DNA of 64,000 nucleotides from Ministeria vibrans ATCC 50519 (Eukaryota > Protista > Filasterea), in NCBI GenBank assembly GCA_943704425.1, contig CALSCP010002759.1:57217-121216 (forward strand), in the 5' to 3' direction. Every line of letters starts with the position of its first letter. Positions within the stretch are counted from its first letter, which is position 1. The position numbers and the translations under genes were made by a program. Below the pieces are notes generated by a model. It searched no databases. It saw only the letters and a list, made by a program, of their open reading frames with translations, and was not told the DNA's origin. Below, piece after piece: positions 1 through 17,578 of the stretch.

Positions 1-103
1 GAGAGAAACAAAGTGATAGAGAGAGAGAGAGAGAAGAATGGACACTCACACATTTACACACTCATTCACTCACTCGCATACTCATTCCCTCAAACACTCT
101 CAG

Positions 104-5955
<5,852 letters not shown>

Positions 5956-6155
5956 GCCGCTATTCCTACTATCATTATTTTGTTCTTCCGAGTGACAGAC
6001 AGAGAGAGTGAGTGTCTTTCCTTCTTTTTACAATACAAACACCGTTTCCCGATAATAATATTCTCATATCTCTTGGAGCATTTCTTTTTTATTATAATTA
6101 TATACATCGTTCAAGTTGAAAGAAGAGAAAAGAGAGTGACCTCTAAACCACCATA

Positions 6156-9100
6156 TCAAAAAGCCATTGGTGCTGAAGAATAAACAACTCCACGAGTGCG
6201 CCCTAAATGCAAAAAAAAATAGGGTAAGCTCAACGTCACTCGAACTCAGACACATGCATACTCGGGCACTCGGCACCCAGACACTTGAGTCTCCTCTTCA
6301 CTCAACTCTCCATACACTCGCTCACTCAAACACACATCACAAGCTTTACACATGTCACACCCAATCACTCAGTCACCCACTGACACGCGACGTGTTGTGT
6401 ACCTGAAAGTTCATGTTAACCATCATTTCAGGTGTTTCGTTTTCGGCTCTCATGAGCGTCGGACCAAACACAATCGCAAGATTGCTCGCAGCCATTTTGT
6501 TTTCTTCACACATCTCGCTCACACTAAACAGTGAGCGTCAGTCAGTCCCACTCATTCCTCCTTTTTCGTCCTCTCATGCTCCAGATCTATCGCTCTAGTT
6601 TATCTGAGACTCTTACCGGTACAAGTGGAGTGCGAGGTGTTGGAGCACACGCACGTTGACCATTGGCATTCGTGAAATGGTTGCTTTAATAGCAATGAGT
6701 CGGTCGTCGTATTTGGGAAGTTCTACAGAGCGGCACTGTCAATACACACACACACACACACAAACAGAAGTTTTATCGTACTGATTGCTATCATGAAATC
6801 AGCAAAAAACTCAAAGGGAATGAGCGGATTGGGGAGTTCGCGAAAGTACAATTTGAGTGCGCCAGTGATGCTGTTGATGTCAGAGTATTCGGGAGCAGAG
6901 AAGTCGGTTGGGATGTCTACAGGCATGACAGTTAGAAGAGTCTCTATCACATTATTTATATGTTGAATCTCTCTATACGTAATATCTTTTTCTCCTTTCT
7001 CTCTCTCTCCTTATTTCTCCTCTCTCTCTCTATTATTTAGTTGTTTTCTCCTCTCTCTCTATTATTCTGTTCCTTCAAACTCTCTCAAACTCTCAAACTC
7101 TCTTGAATACCGTGATCCCAATTGTAGCGAATCTTTTGAATGAGGGAAGAAGAGCCTGACAGTCGGTAGATACCCACAACATGAGTGCCTCTGAGATCAA
7201 CCTGCTCAATGCACGCCGTAATGAAGTGAGGCACAGGGACTCCATTGCGCTCCACAAGGGCCTCGAGTGAGCCCCCGAAGACAGTTTCTTGCAAAATGCC
7301 CGCTGACTTGAGTGTCTCCGCATCCACTCGTTCGTCCAGCAGCTTCTTCAGACGCTTCTTCACTTTTTTCTTCTTCTCTTCGCCGGCCGCATCGTCAAAG
7401 TCGGGATCGTTCACCGCCGTCTTCTGGATCTTCTTCAACTCCTTCTTGCGCTGCTTCTCTTCCTCCTTCATCTGTTTCTTGCTCAGCTCCGCTGTTGGGC
7501 CTCCTCCAACGCCACCGGTCGCCAAGGCACCACCAGAGGGGGCCGTGGCACCACCATTCCCGCTTGCCCCTGTCGCAGTTGCTCCGCCTGTGGCGCCACT
7601 CTGAAGAGACGTGGACGCAGCAAGGGCCGCGTCAAAGTCCGAGGGTGTCGTGTTGCTATTGGAGCTCATGGTGGACGTGGGACGCGAGGCGCCGCGCACC
7701 GACGCCCACGAGGCACCTACGTCGTACGGATTGGACAGTGCCGCAATGGCCATGTGCCACTCGAAGAGCTGCTCGCTGTTTTCGCACTGCAAGAGAAACT
7801 CGGTGCCATTCGACGTTTTGGAAGACAGCACATATTTGCGCTTATGGTCCGCCACAATGTCCACTGACGAGGCGGTCATGACAAACGACGAGAGAGGACG
7901 CCCATTGCTCGCCGATGCACGCTGGTCCTTGAAGAAATTCAACTCTTCGCCACGCAACGTCGCATACATTGAGGTCCAGTTGCGCGACGGTTTCTTCGAG
8001 CCGTCCGCAATAATCTTACGCACAACAGTACCCTCAAGCGTGCGGGATGGAGACGTCTCAGACATGGCAATGGACGAGGTGGCAAACGCGCCGGTGCTCA
8101 GCGCTTGTTGGGCCCCAAGCGCACGGTTGGGAGGTACCTGGAGGCGACGCTGTGACACCTGCGGCTGCGATTGTTGTTGTTGAAGCTGTTGTTGTTGTTG
8201 TTGTTGTTGTTGTTGAAGCGGTTGTTGTTGAGGCTGTTGTTGTGCTTGTGGCGCTTGCTTCTGCGGTTGAGGCTTGAGTGAAGGATGCACCCATGAAGTT
8301 TCGCGCGTGATGGAGTTGTAGTAGTAGACACGACCACGCGGATCGCGAGCCTCGCGCCAGGCAGCGTCGATCGGAGGCGGTGCTGCAGCAGCTGAGGCTG
8401 CGGACGAAGTAAGGGTGACGGCAGGTGCTGGAGTGACAGGAAGTGTGGGGGTGATGGACTGCTGTTGCAGAGAGGGAGTCGACGTGGCCGGAGGGGTGGG
8501 TGTGACGCTGGGCGAAGGGGCATCGAGTTCGGGGGGACGGTCCCATGTGGTCACGTTGGTCGTCGAGTTGTGGTAGTACACTTTGCCCTTGTCATTAACA
8601 TGTTCGCTCCAAACAGATCGCACCTCTGCTGCCGGGGAATTTGCTGTCGTTGCTGTTGGTTCTGTGTCACTTGCGGTTGTCGTATCCGCGCTCGTGTCCG
8701 TTGTTGGAACATCTTCAGCACTCGTAGACGTGTCGGGCTTGCGAGGACGTGGGGCGCCAAGTCCACCTCCGGCGGCGAGTATGTCGGCGAGTCCCGAAGG
8801 TGCACGGACAGACTTGGAGGGGGGAGGTGACTTGAGAGACGCAGAGGAGTCAATAGTGGCACCGTGCACAAGAGGCTTGCGGGCACGATGGCTTGGCGCA
8901 GCTGCATCGGATGTCTTGGTATCATCCGAGGGCACTTCAGTCGCGTCGGTGACGGTCAAGTCTGTTTCTGTCGCGTCAGCCTCCGTCGCTGCTTCAGAGT
9001 CGACTTGCGTCTGTGTCGCTTCGTCTTCGTTCAAGAGCGTTTCTGCCTCGAGATCGCGGTACGCCTTGGCACCGGGACGACGATGTGGCAAGGTTCTATT

Positions 9101-9626
9101 GAGTGGAGTGGCAGCGATCACAGCCGCTGCCGAGTCCGCCGACTCCTCACCCTGTTCGTGCGTCACCTCAAGTACAGCTGCGTCCTCCTCGGGCGTCGCC
9201 GTGAGGTCGCCGGTGAAACTCTTCTGTCGTGGGCGAATGGGACGCGGAGCCTTGACAGGCACAGGGCTACTGCGAGCAGGAGGATCGTTGAGGGTAGCGG
9301 CGAGAGCAGCAGCGGAAATGGAATTCTCGGAGGACGAGGTACCCGGCTCCATCTCAAGCGAGCTGGTGGAACTACGACGAGCCATGGGATCGCGGGCGTT
9401 TGCCGATAGATCACTTGCATGACGCGACACCACAAGAGCACTGCCGTCGAGAGGACTTGTTGCGGAAGCACTGGGAACACAGCTGAGTTCACCATCGACT
9501 TCGGTAAAGGCACGTGAGTTTGTTCGTGATGCCGAGCGCGACTGGGTCTGCAGACGCGAGCCTTCACGTGAGGGTGGCGGTGGAGGTTTGGATTTTTTCT
9601 TGCCAGCAGCAACGGCAGCGGCGGCG

Positions 9627-9657
<31 letters not shown>

Positions 9658-10783
9658 TTGCGGTGGCGTCGGCGACGGCAACATCAGTGGTGGTAGTGGA
9701 CTCGACGGAATTGAGAGAGGTGCTGCTTGTCGGGGGCGAGACGAGGTTGTCGTCGGGACAGGCATCGGAGGGGCGCAGTGGCTTGCGGGGACGCACAGGG
9801 CGAGGAGGAGTGGTTGTTACGGGGGAGAAGGCAGTGGGGTCTTCGCTGCAGGGGCGGGGCTTGGGAAGAACATTGAGACGCAGATGGGCGGAGGAATGGG
9901 GAGGCGACGGGGAAGGAACGGCCGCCGAAGTGGAAGCGGACTCACGCTCGTCGAGAGCGGCAAGGGTGGACGCGGGCGGGAGCATGATGGAGGGCATACT
10001 AGAGCGGGGTCGCATCATCCGAGGTTTCTTGGCGGGCATGGGTGCGGTGGTGGTTGCGGATGTGGTGGTGGGCGTCGAAGAGCTGAATGCCGGTGAAGAA
10101 GGTGGATGTGCAGCGGTGGAAGAGACGCCGGGGCTGTTTCGTGCAGAGGTGGGAGAGCCACGGCGTGCGCCAGGAGTGGTGCCGAAAGAGCTGGCCGCGG
10201 TGGCCAACGGAGACGATGACAACGACGACGACGACGACTCGGCCATGTCGAACATTCCGTCAAAACTCTGCGAGTGGCGGGTGATGTTAGAGCGGGGACG
10301 GGGACGTGGCACGGGCACAGGCAGAGGCTTTTTGCGAGCACGGCGGAGCGTAGTGGGGCTCTTGTCGCCACCCGTGTCATCCTTGGCCGCAGTAGGCAAT
10401 GGATTCGTTGCGGTGGTGTCGCGCGAAGACAAAGCGGTGGATGGCGGTGGCGCCGACGAGGGAGGTGGCGGTGTGTCTTCGCCCTCGACGACCACCTGGA
10501 CAAGCTGCATGTAGGAGGCGGGTACAAAGCCCTACAGGAACAAGACAAACCAGTGTGAGACAGGTAGCTGGGGCGAACACCACTATAGAAAACTGCAAGG
10601 ATAACCGACAAGAGGACACACACACAAGACACAGAAACTGGCTGTGCACAGCATTTTCTCTCTCTCACTCTCTCTCTCTCTCTCCTGACAAGTTCATAGC
10701 CCACCACTGTACAACACCATCCACATACCTCCTTGTCCAAGATGCTAACGTGCCACCACTCGTCGCTGGCGCGCTCTATCAGG
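6156..10783 (-). CDS. SH3-WW-WW-PH-RhoGAP protein (ARHGAP9/12/15/27-like); 5' end lost near the gap
   Basis: SH3 pieces ERASDEWW (10729-10783) and GFVPASYMQ. Two WW domains (WSEHVNDKGKVYYHNSTTNVTTWDRP; WREARDPRGRVYYYNSITRETSWVHP). PH domain (RNWTSMYATLRGEELNFFKD). RhoGAP motifs GIYRLSG, ITGALKLYFRELPNPL, ENKMAASNLAIVFGPTL. Stop at 6156. Confidence 0.9.
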
Positions 10784-10992
10784 CTAAGGAGAGAGGGAAG
10801 AGTGAGCGAACGATGAGCAGCTTGTTTTGAGAGTGCGCAGCAAAAACACCCTGTTAGCCACACGCAGACCACACCGACACCATGCGTATCCACACAACAC
10901 ACCACTCCATCAAAGCGCTGTCTGCTCTTCTCGACAAGAAGCGAAAAAAAAAAAAAAAAAAAAAAAAGATACCGAAAGAGATCTCCTTTTGC

Positions 10993-11598
10993 NNNNNNNN
11001 NNNNNNNNNNNNNNNNNNNNNNNNNNNNNNNNNNNNNNNNNNNNNNNNNNNNNNNNNNNNNNNNNNNNNNNNNNNNNNNNNNNNNNNNNNNNNNNNNNNN
11101 NNNNNNNNNNNNNNNNNNNNNNNNNNNNNNNNNNNNNNNNNNNNNNNNNNNNNNNNNNNNNNNNNNNNNNNNNNNNNNNNNNNNNNNNNNNNNNNNNNNN
11201 NNNNNNNNNNNNNNNNNNNNNNNNNNNNNNNNNNNNNNNNNNNNNNNNNNNNNNNNNNNNNNNNNNNNNNNNNNNNNNNNNNNNNNNNNNNNNNNNNNNN
11301 NNNNNNNNNNNNNNNNNNNNNNNNNNNNNNNNNNNNNNNNNNNNNNNNNNNNNNNNNNNNNNNNNNNNNNNNNNNNNNNNNNNNNNNNNNNNNNNNNNNN
11401 NNNNNNNNNNNNNNNNNNNNNNNNNNNNNNNNNNNNNNNNNNNNNNNNNNNNNNNNNNNNNNNNNNNNNNNNNNNNNNNNNNNNNNNNNNNNNNNNNNNN
11501 NNNNNNNNNNNNNNNNNNNNNNNNNNNNNNNNNNNNNNNNNNNNNNNNNNNNNNNNNNNNNNNNNNNNNNNNNNNNNNNNNNNNNNNNNNNNNNNNNN
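10993..11598. other. Assembly gap (N run), probably hiding the 5' exons of both flanking divergent genes
   Basis: 606 N; both neighbouring genes lack their start. Confidence 0.95.
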
Positions 11599-11664
11599 TT
11601 TTTTTTATCTTTGTCCTCTCTGTACTTTTTGCTCACACTCTTTTTATTGCCTCTATGCGCGCAG

Positions 11665-14490
11665 GCTTGGCCTTTCTCGCCATCATCCACCACTTCCACC
11701 CCTCGTTGATTGAGTACACGGAGCTCCATGGGCGCAGCGACGAGTATGAGTGTCTGCAGACGGCGTACGACGCAGCCAAGTCGCTGGGGATTGCGGTGCC
11801 TCTGACGGTGGAGGATGTGACGGACGTCGAGACGCCCAACCCCGACAAGATCAAGAAGTTCCTGGCCAATTTGGCTGCCAAGTTCTGTGGACTTGCCGAA
11901 GACGAGGACGCTGCCGGAGACGCAGCAGCAGCAGCAGCGCCCGTGACCGCGACCGAGTCAGTCGCACCGAGTACACCCAAGGCAGCGTCGGACACTTCGG
12001 CAGCAGCTGCCACTCCTGCTTCTCCCTCGTCCACCACGGCTACACCTACAAAGCGCTCGCTAATTCCCGCCCCCAAATGGATCACACCCGGTGCAGCCGG
12101 TGGAGCTGCTGCCGTGCCTGCCGCGCGCTTTGGAAAGGACGCCATTGCCGCTGCTGCCGCCTCGCCCAAGGCGTCGCCCGCAGCCAAGGCTGCCAAGGCG
12201 TCGCCCGCTGGTAGCAGTCCCTCGAAGATTGCAAAGCCCGTGGCAAGCACACTGTCTCCCAAGCCTGCGGCAAGTGCTGGCTCGCGCCTGTCCATGCCCC
12301 CCAAGGGCGCCGCCAAGGTGTGGCAGGAGAAGAAGGACGAGACACCCGTGGGTACGCCCAAGAAGACTCCTTCGTCGACACCCTCCAAACTGCCATCCAC
12401 TGCTGTGCCTGCGCCGCGTTCGTCGCCGGCACCACGACCGCCGTCGACGGTCGACACGTCGGGCAAGGTGTCGGCGAGCAAGGCTGCGCTGTCGTCGACC
12501 GCCGAGAAGTCGAGTGCGACCAAGACGAGTACGCGTGTGCCGTCGGTCATTGAGAGCACCTCGGGTAAGGTGTCGGCAAGCAAGGCGGCGCTGTCGTCAA
12601 CCGCCGAGAAGTCGAGTGCGACCAAGACGAGTGCGCGTGTGCCGTCGGTGATTGAGAGCACATCGGGAAAGGTGTCGGCAAGCAAGGCTGCGCTGTCGTC
12701 GACCGCCGAGAAGTCGAGTGCGACCAAGACGAGTACGCGTGTGCCGTCGGTCATGGAAAGCACCTCGGGTAAGGTGTCGGCAAGCAAGGCGGCGCTGTCG
12801 TCAACCGCCGAGAAGTCTGCAGCGACCAAGACGAGCAAACGCGCACCGTCGGTGATTGAGAGCACGTCGGGAAAGGTGTCGCAGACCAAGTCAGCACTGT
12901 CGTCGACCGCCGAGAAGTCTGCAGCGACCAAGACGAGCACACGCGCGCCATCGGTAATTGAGAGCACGTCGGGGAAGGTGTCGGCGACGAAGGCGTCGCT
13001 GTCGACGACTGCGGCCACGTCGGCGTCGACCAAGACAAGCGACCGGCCCAAGTCGAGCGTGCTTGAGAGTGGCAAGGTGTCGTCGGCCAAGTCGACGTTG
13101 GCGAACACGGCGACTGTGGCGGCCGCCGTGAAGACGAGCACGCGCGTGCCGTCCGTTGTTGATGCCGCTGGTCGTGTCAAGTTGACCACGTCGGCCATTG
13201 AGCATGGCGAGTTGAAGACCCCGTCGGGATCGCAACCGTCGTCACGTCCGCCGTCCATGGCCAACAAGGCGGACGTCGAGGAGATGATGCAGGCGCTCAA
13301 GGAGATGAACATGAACACGGTGAGTGAGGAGGAGAGCGCCGTGCCTGTGGTGAAAGACAACGACAACGGCGCGGCGGAGGACGAGGATGACGACGAGGAC
13401 ACGTCTGCCATGGAGGCGGCCATTGACGCGGACACAGCTGCTGTTTTGGACACTGTCGCTACGACCGTCGCCGAGGTGACTGCTGCCGCGGATGCGGCAT
13501 CACCCAAGTCGGACACGGCCGAGACTGAGGCGGCCATTGATGCTGACGTTGAGGCGGTGCTCAAGGCGGTAGTGGAGTCTACGCTTGCCGAGGTGACTGC
13601 CGCTGCGGATGCGGCCGCGCCCAAGTCGGACACGGCCGAGACTGAGGCGGCCATTGACGCTGACATTGAGGCGGTGCTCGAGGCCATGGTGGCTTCCACC
13701 GTTGCCGAGGTGACTGCCGCTGCTGAGGCGGCCGCACCAACACCCGACACGTCTGCGACCGAGGCAGCGATTGATGCGGATACGGAGGCGGTGCTCGAGG
13801 CCATGGTGGCCTCCACCATTGCCGAGGTGACTGCAGCGGCAGATGCGGCCGCGCCCAAGTCGGACACGGCCGAGACAGAGGCGGCGATTGATGCAGACAC
13901 CGAGGCAGTGCTCAGTGCCGTGGTGGCGTCTACGCTTGCCGAGGTGACGGCCGCGGCTGCGGCAGCCTCGCCACGACCCGAGTCGATGGTCATGGAGTCA
14001 GCAAAGACAGAGGAACACGCGTCGAGTGCGTCGGTGTTTGCTGACGTCCCCGCAGAAGAGCAGGGAGTTGTGGTAGAGGAAGCAGCGGCAGAGGCGGCGG
14101 CAACAGAAGAGCACGGGGATGACTGGGTCGGTGTTGAGGAGGACGTGCCAGCCGCGGACGATGCCGAGGTGAAGGTTGCCGCGAGCTGGACGGAAGAGGA
14201 CGCCAGCAAGTCGGCAGCCGCTCAACAGGACGCATGGGAGGAAGTACAGGAGTACGACTTGCCGCCGCACGATGCCGAGGATGTGCAGCGATCCATTTCG
14301 TGGAGCGACGAGATGGCCCTGGCAAGTGCGGAGCGTCAGACCAAGGGAGCAGCGGAGGCAAAGACTGAGACTGCTGAGACTGAGACTGCTGAGACGACGG
14401 AAGCGACTGAGACGACGGAAGCGACTGAGACGACGGAAGCGACTGAGACGACGGAAGCGACTGAGACGACGGAAGCGACTGAGACTGCTC

Positions 14491-14522
<32 letters not shown>

Positions 14523-15956
14523 TCTGCTGCTCCTGCTGTAACAACAGCAGCGACACTGCCAGTGGCGAAGAAGCCAATGATGCGACGCCCGACAGCGGAG
14601 GAAATTGCACGACCAGCGCCTATTGGAGCGGCTCGCGATGGCAAGCGGATTGTCAAGTTGACGATTAAGGGTGACAATGAGTTTGTGGTGGCGGCGACAC
14701 ATGACGCGAGTGCAGAGACGGACTGGCGCGCAGACTACAGTAAGCTGGCGGAGCTGGTGGACGAGGCGGCGCCGTCCTATCTGTTTGTGGACCGTGGGGC
14801 GCCCAAGAAGTGGCTCATGGTCATTTGGATGCCTGAGGGCAAGCTGCGCGTCAAGGACCGCATGGTGTACTCGTCGTCGGCCGGACGTGCCAAGGAGTTC
14901 TTTGGGCCGACTGACGTGACGGAGGAGCTGCACGCGACCACTGCGGACGAGCTGACACTGTCGCACTACAGCTTCTTGAAGGAAGGCGACAACTCGGAAG
15001 TGATGAGCATGCGCGAGTTGGCCATTGCTGAGTTGCAGTCAGGCGAGGCCGAGGCACGTGGGGACATGGCGGCGCGTGCGAGCCATGGTGCGCCCATTGC
15101 GGGTCCGTCCAAGGGTCCCGTTGGTGGGTACCACGAGGTGAAGCTGCCGCTGACGGACGCAGCCAAGGCGGCCGTGGCGTCGCTGCAGTCGCACGAGAAC
15201 AACTGGGTGCAGCTGTGTATTACAGCGGACGGCAAGTCCGTCGACAGCGTCCTGGCGAAGCACATTGAGGCGGCAGATGTCTCTGCGAACATTGATATCA
15301 ACTGGCCTCGCTACTACCTGTACGCGTTTGGTGGGGAGGAGAGGAAGATGGATAAGGTGGAGGAGGAAACGGAAGAGGAGGGTGAGGAGAAGGCGGAAGA
15401 GAAGCCTGAGGAGAAGACTGAAGAGAAGACTGAAGAGAAGGCTGAGGAGAAGACTGAGGAGAAGACTGAAGAGAAGACTGAAGAGAAGACTGAGGAGAAG
15501 ACGGAAGAGAAGACTGAGGAGAAGACTGAGGAGAAGACGGAAGAGGAGAGTGAGGAGAAGACTGAAGAGAAGACGGAAGAGAAGACGGAAGAGAAGACTG
15601 AGGAGAAGACTGAGGAGAAGAGCGAAGAGAAGACGGAAGAGAAGACTGAGGAGAAGACTGAGGAGAAGAGCGAAGAGAAGACGGAAGAGAAGACTGAGGA
15701 GAAGAGCGAAGAGGGTGAGGAAAAGGAGGAGACAGGCGCATCATCGGCATCGTCGAGTGGCGCACTCCGCAGCGTCGTGTTTGTCTACTGCTGCCCCCCC
15801 GCATCCAAACCACGCGACCGCATGGCCTACGCCACTGCCAAACCCGAAGTCTACAACTCAATCAACCAGTCGGGTCTTTCCCTCACCGCAAAGGTACAAC
15901 TCAAGAGAAAACAACTTTAATCAAATGCTAACACCTCTCTTTCACCCTATCACTTT

Positions 15957-16046
<90 letters not shown>

Positions 16047-16281
16047 AACTCTCTTGAACTCTCTGTAGTTTGAGGAATCAGACCCCGAGGACATCACGCA
16101 TGCGTGGATTGAGGTGGAGACGACGGCCGCACGAGGCAAGCAGCAACGCACCGCTGCCGAGTATGCGACTGCTGGCGGTGACGGTGCGCCTCTCGCTATC
16201 ACTGTCAAGCCAGGAACTATCCGCAAGTCCCATCCTGTCCCTGGCATGGTCGGTGCTTTCAAGCTGCCTTCTCTTCAGTAG
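11665..16281 (+). CDS. CH-domain / tandem-repeat / twinfilin-like (two ADF-H) actin-regulatory fusion protein, 5'-partial
   Basis: Exon 11665-15893 plus exon 16069-16281. CH C-terminal half GLAFLAIIHHFHPSLIEYTEL..AYDAAKSLGI. ADF-H1 (WLMVIWMPEGKLRVKDRMVYSSS), a twinfilin-like linker, and ADF-H2 (NNWVQLCI..PRYYLYAF..VVFVYCCP..PRDRMAYATAK). Confidence 0.8.
12459..13200 (+). repeat. 102-bp (34-aa) coding tandem repeat SGKVSASKAALSSTAEKSSATKTSTRVPSVIEST; ~6 conserved plus 2 degenerate units
   Basis: Unit starts at 12459, 12561, 12663, 12765, 12867, 12969, then degenerate copies. Confidence 0.9.
13398..13980 (+). repeat. 117-bp (39-aa) acidic Ala-rich coding repeat x5 (DTAETEAAIDADxEAVLxAxVxSTxAEVTAAADAAAPKS)
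   Basis: Unit starts at 13398, 13512, 13629, 13746, 13863. Confidence 0.9.
14363..14485 (+). repeat. 18-bp (TTEATE)n coding minisatellite
   Basis: GACTGAGACGACGGAAGC repeated. Confidence 0.85.
15360..15730 (+). repeat. 12-bp (EEKT)n coding repeat inserted within the second ADF-H domain
   Basis: GAGGAGAAGACT-like units in frame between PRYYLYAF and SVVFVYCCP. Confidence 0.9.
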
Positions 16282-16378
16282 TTTTGATCTTTCTTTTGTT
16301 ATTATTTTTTTTGTTCGTTATTTTGGAAGGGATTTTGTGTGTGTGTTACAATGAATATTATTTACACGTCATGATTGT

Positions 16379-17509
16379 TTAATCGCTATCGCTACTATCA
16401 CTACCACTGCTGCTACCACTGTTGCTGCTGCTTTTGTTGTTCTTGCTGCTGCTGCTTGTGGTGGAGGGACGAGATGGCGGTGAGTCGCCCTTGCTACTGG
16501 ACTCATCATTGGATGGAACGCCTGGGTGGTCGTCACTACTGCTGTCGCTTGAAACGACAGAGGCATCGTCGACGGTGGGCGTTGGTGGGAAGCCGAGACA
16601 CGCAAGAGAGGGATGCTCGGGTGGGAGAACTGGGAGAAGTTGGCTGAGGGATGCAAGGAGACTGTTGCGGAGTGTTTCTTTGCGCGTGTGATCGAGTGAG
16701 TAGCATAGAAAGAAGGGCGAGTGGAGAGTAGCTGAGCCAACAAGTGAACCGTTCTTTTGGCGCACGAGACGCACTGTAAAGCGCAATCGACACGCGTGTT
16801 TGCAGGTGCGCTTGTTGACCACGTCGAGACACTGGGGCTTGAGCGCGAGTGACTCAATGTGAGCCTTCTCCTCGACTGCCTCGCTCTCAAATGTGTCTCG
16901 CTTGAGAATTCTCGTCGAAATGTCGCGATCTGCTTCGCCTAACAGGCTCCACTCCATATCCTAATGTCCACGGGTTGGTGTGAGTGTGGATTGTGCCAGA
17001 AGAGCACGTCGAGACTGACCTTTCCCTTGACGAGCGTCGACACAAGGAAGGCAACTGAGACTTGTACCTTGAGCGCTTTGGTAGAGCTTTTCTCGACTAC
17101 GACGCTGACATTGCCGTTAATGTGACCACCATCGACCGCCTTGTATGTGGCGTAGCCTACGAGGCGCGACGAGTGAGCAAGGAGGGGAGGAGAAGCGCAG
17201 AGAGGCAATCCACATACGTTTGAAGCAGTCAAAATCAAAGTGAATGCGAAACTTGGAATCAGACCCGACAGCGCTGGTGAGGCGTTGAGAGAAGGTCTGC
17301 TCCTTGGGAATAAGCAGCGAGCGACGGCGTGACGGCTTGGCCCAGCCTACGACGGCAGTGCGGAGCGCACGGAAATTGCGCTTCTTGTCACGTTTGATTC
17401 GTGTCTGCAACTGCTCCTGAAGTTTGCGCAGCAACGCTGCGCGGAACTGGTCGTCGTCAAGGTGTGCCAAGTAGTCGTTGATGCCAATGGTCTTGTCCTT
17501 GCCGGACAT
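16379..17509 (-). CDS. Hypothetical protein (3 exons) with a beta-rich central domain and Ser-rich tail
   Basis: ATG at 17509. GT-AG introns at ~17157-17217 and ~16961-17020 join DCFKR-YATYK..KGK-DMEWSLL in frame. No family recognised. Confidence 0.6.
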
Positions 17510-17578
17510 TTCTCAACGACAAAATGAGAAACTTAAAATATAACTGATTATAAAAAAGAGAACAAACATTGGGTTTAT

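Noticed and set aside
10827-11664. N-terminal extension of the 1697-aa ORF across the N gap
   Set aside because: An artefact of translating Ns; a splice acceptor precedes 11665.
11633-14209. 858-aa antisense ORF and similar long shadow ORFs over SMC2, RhoGAP and the pentapeptide gene
   Set aside because: Stop-poor mirror frames of GC-rich repetitive coding sequence with no independent motifs.
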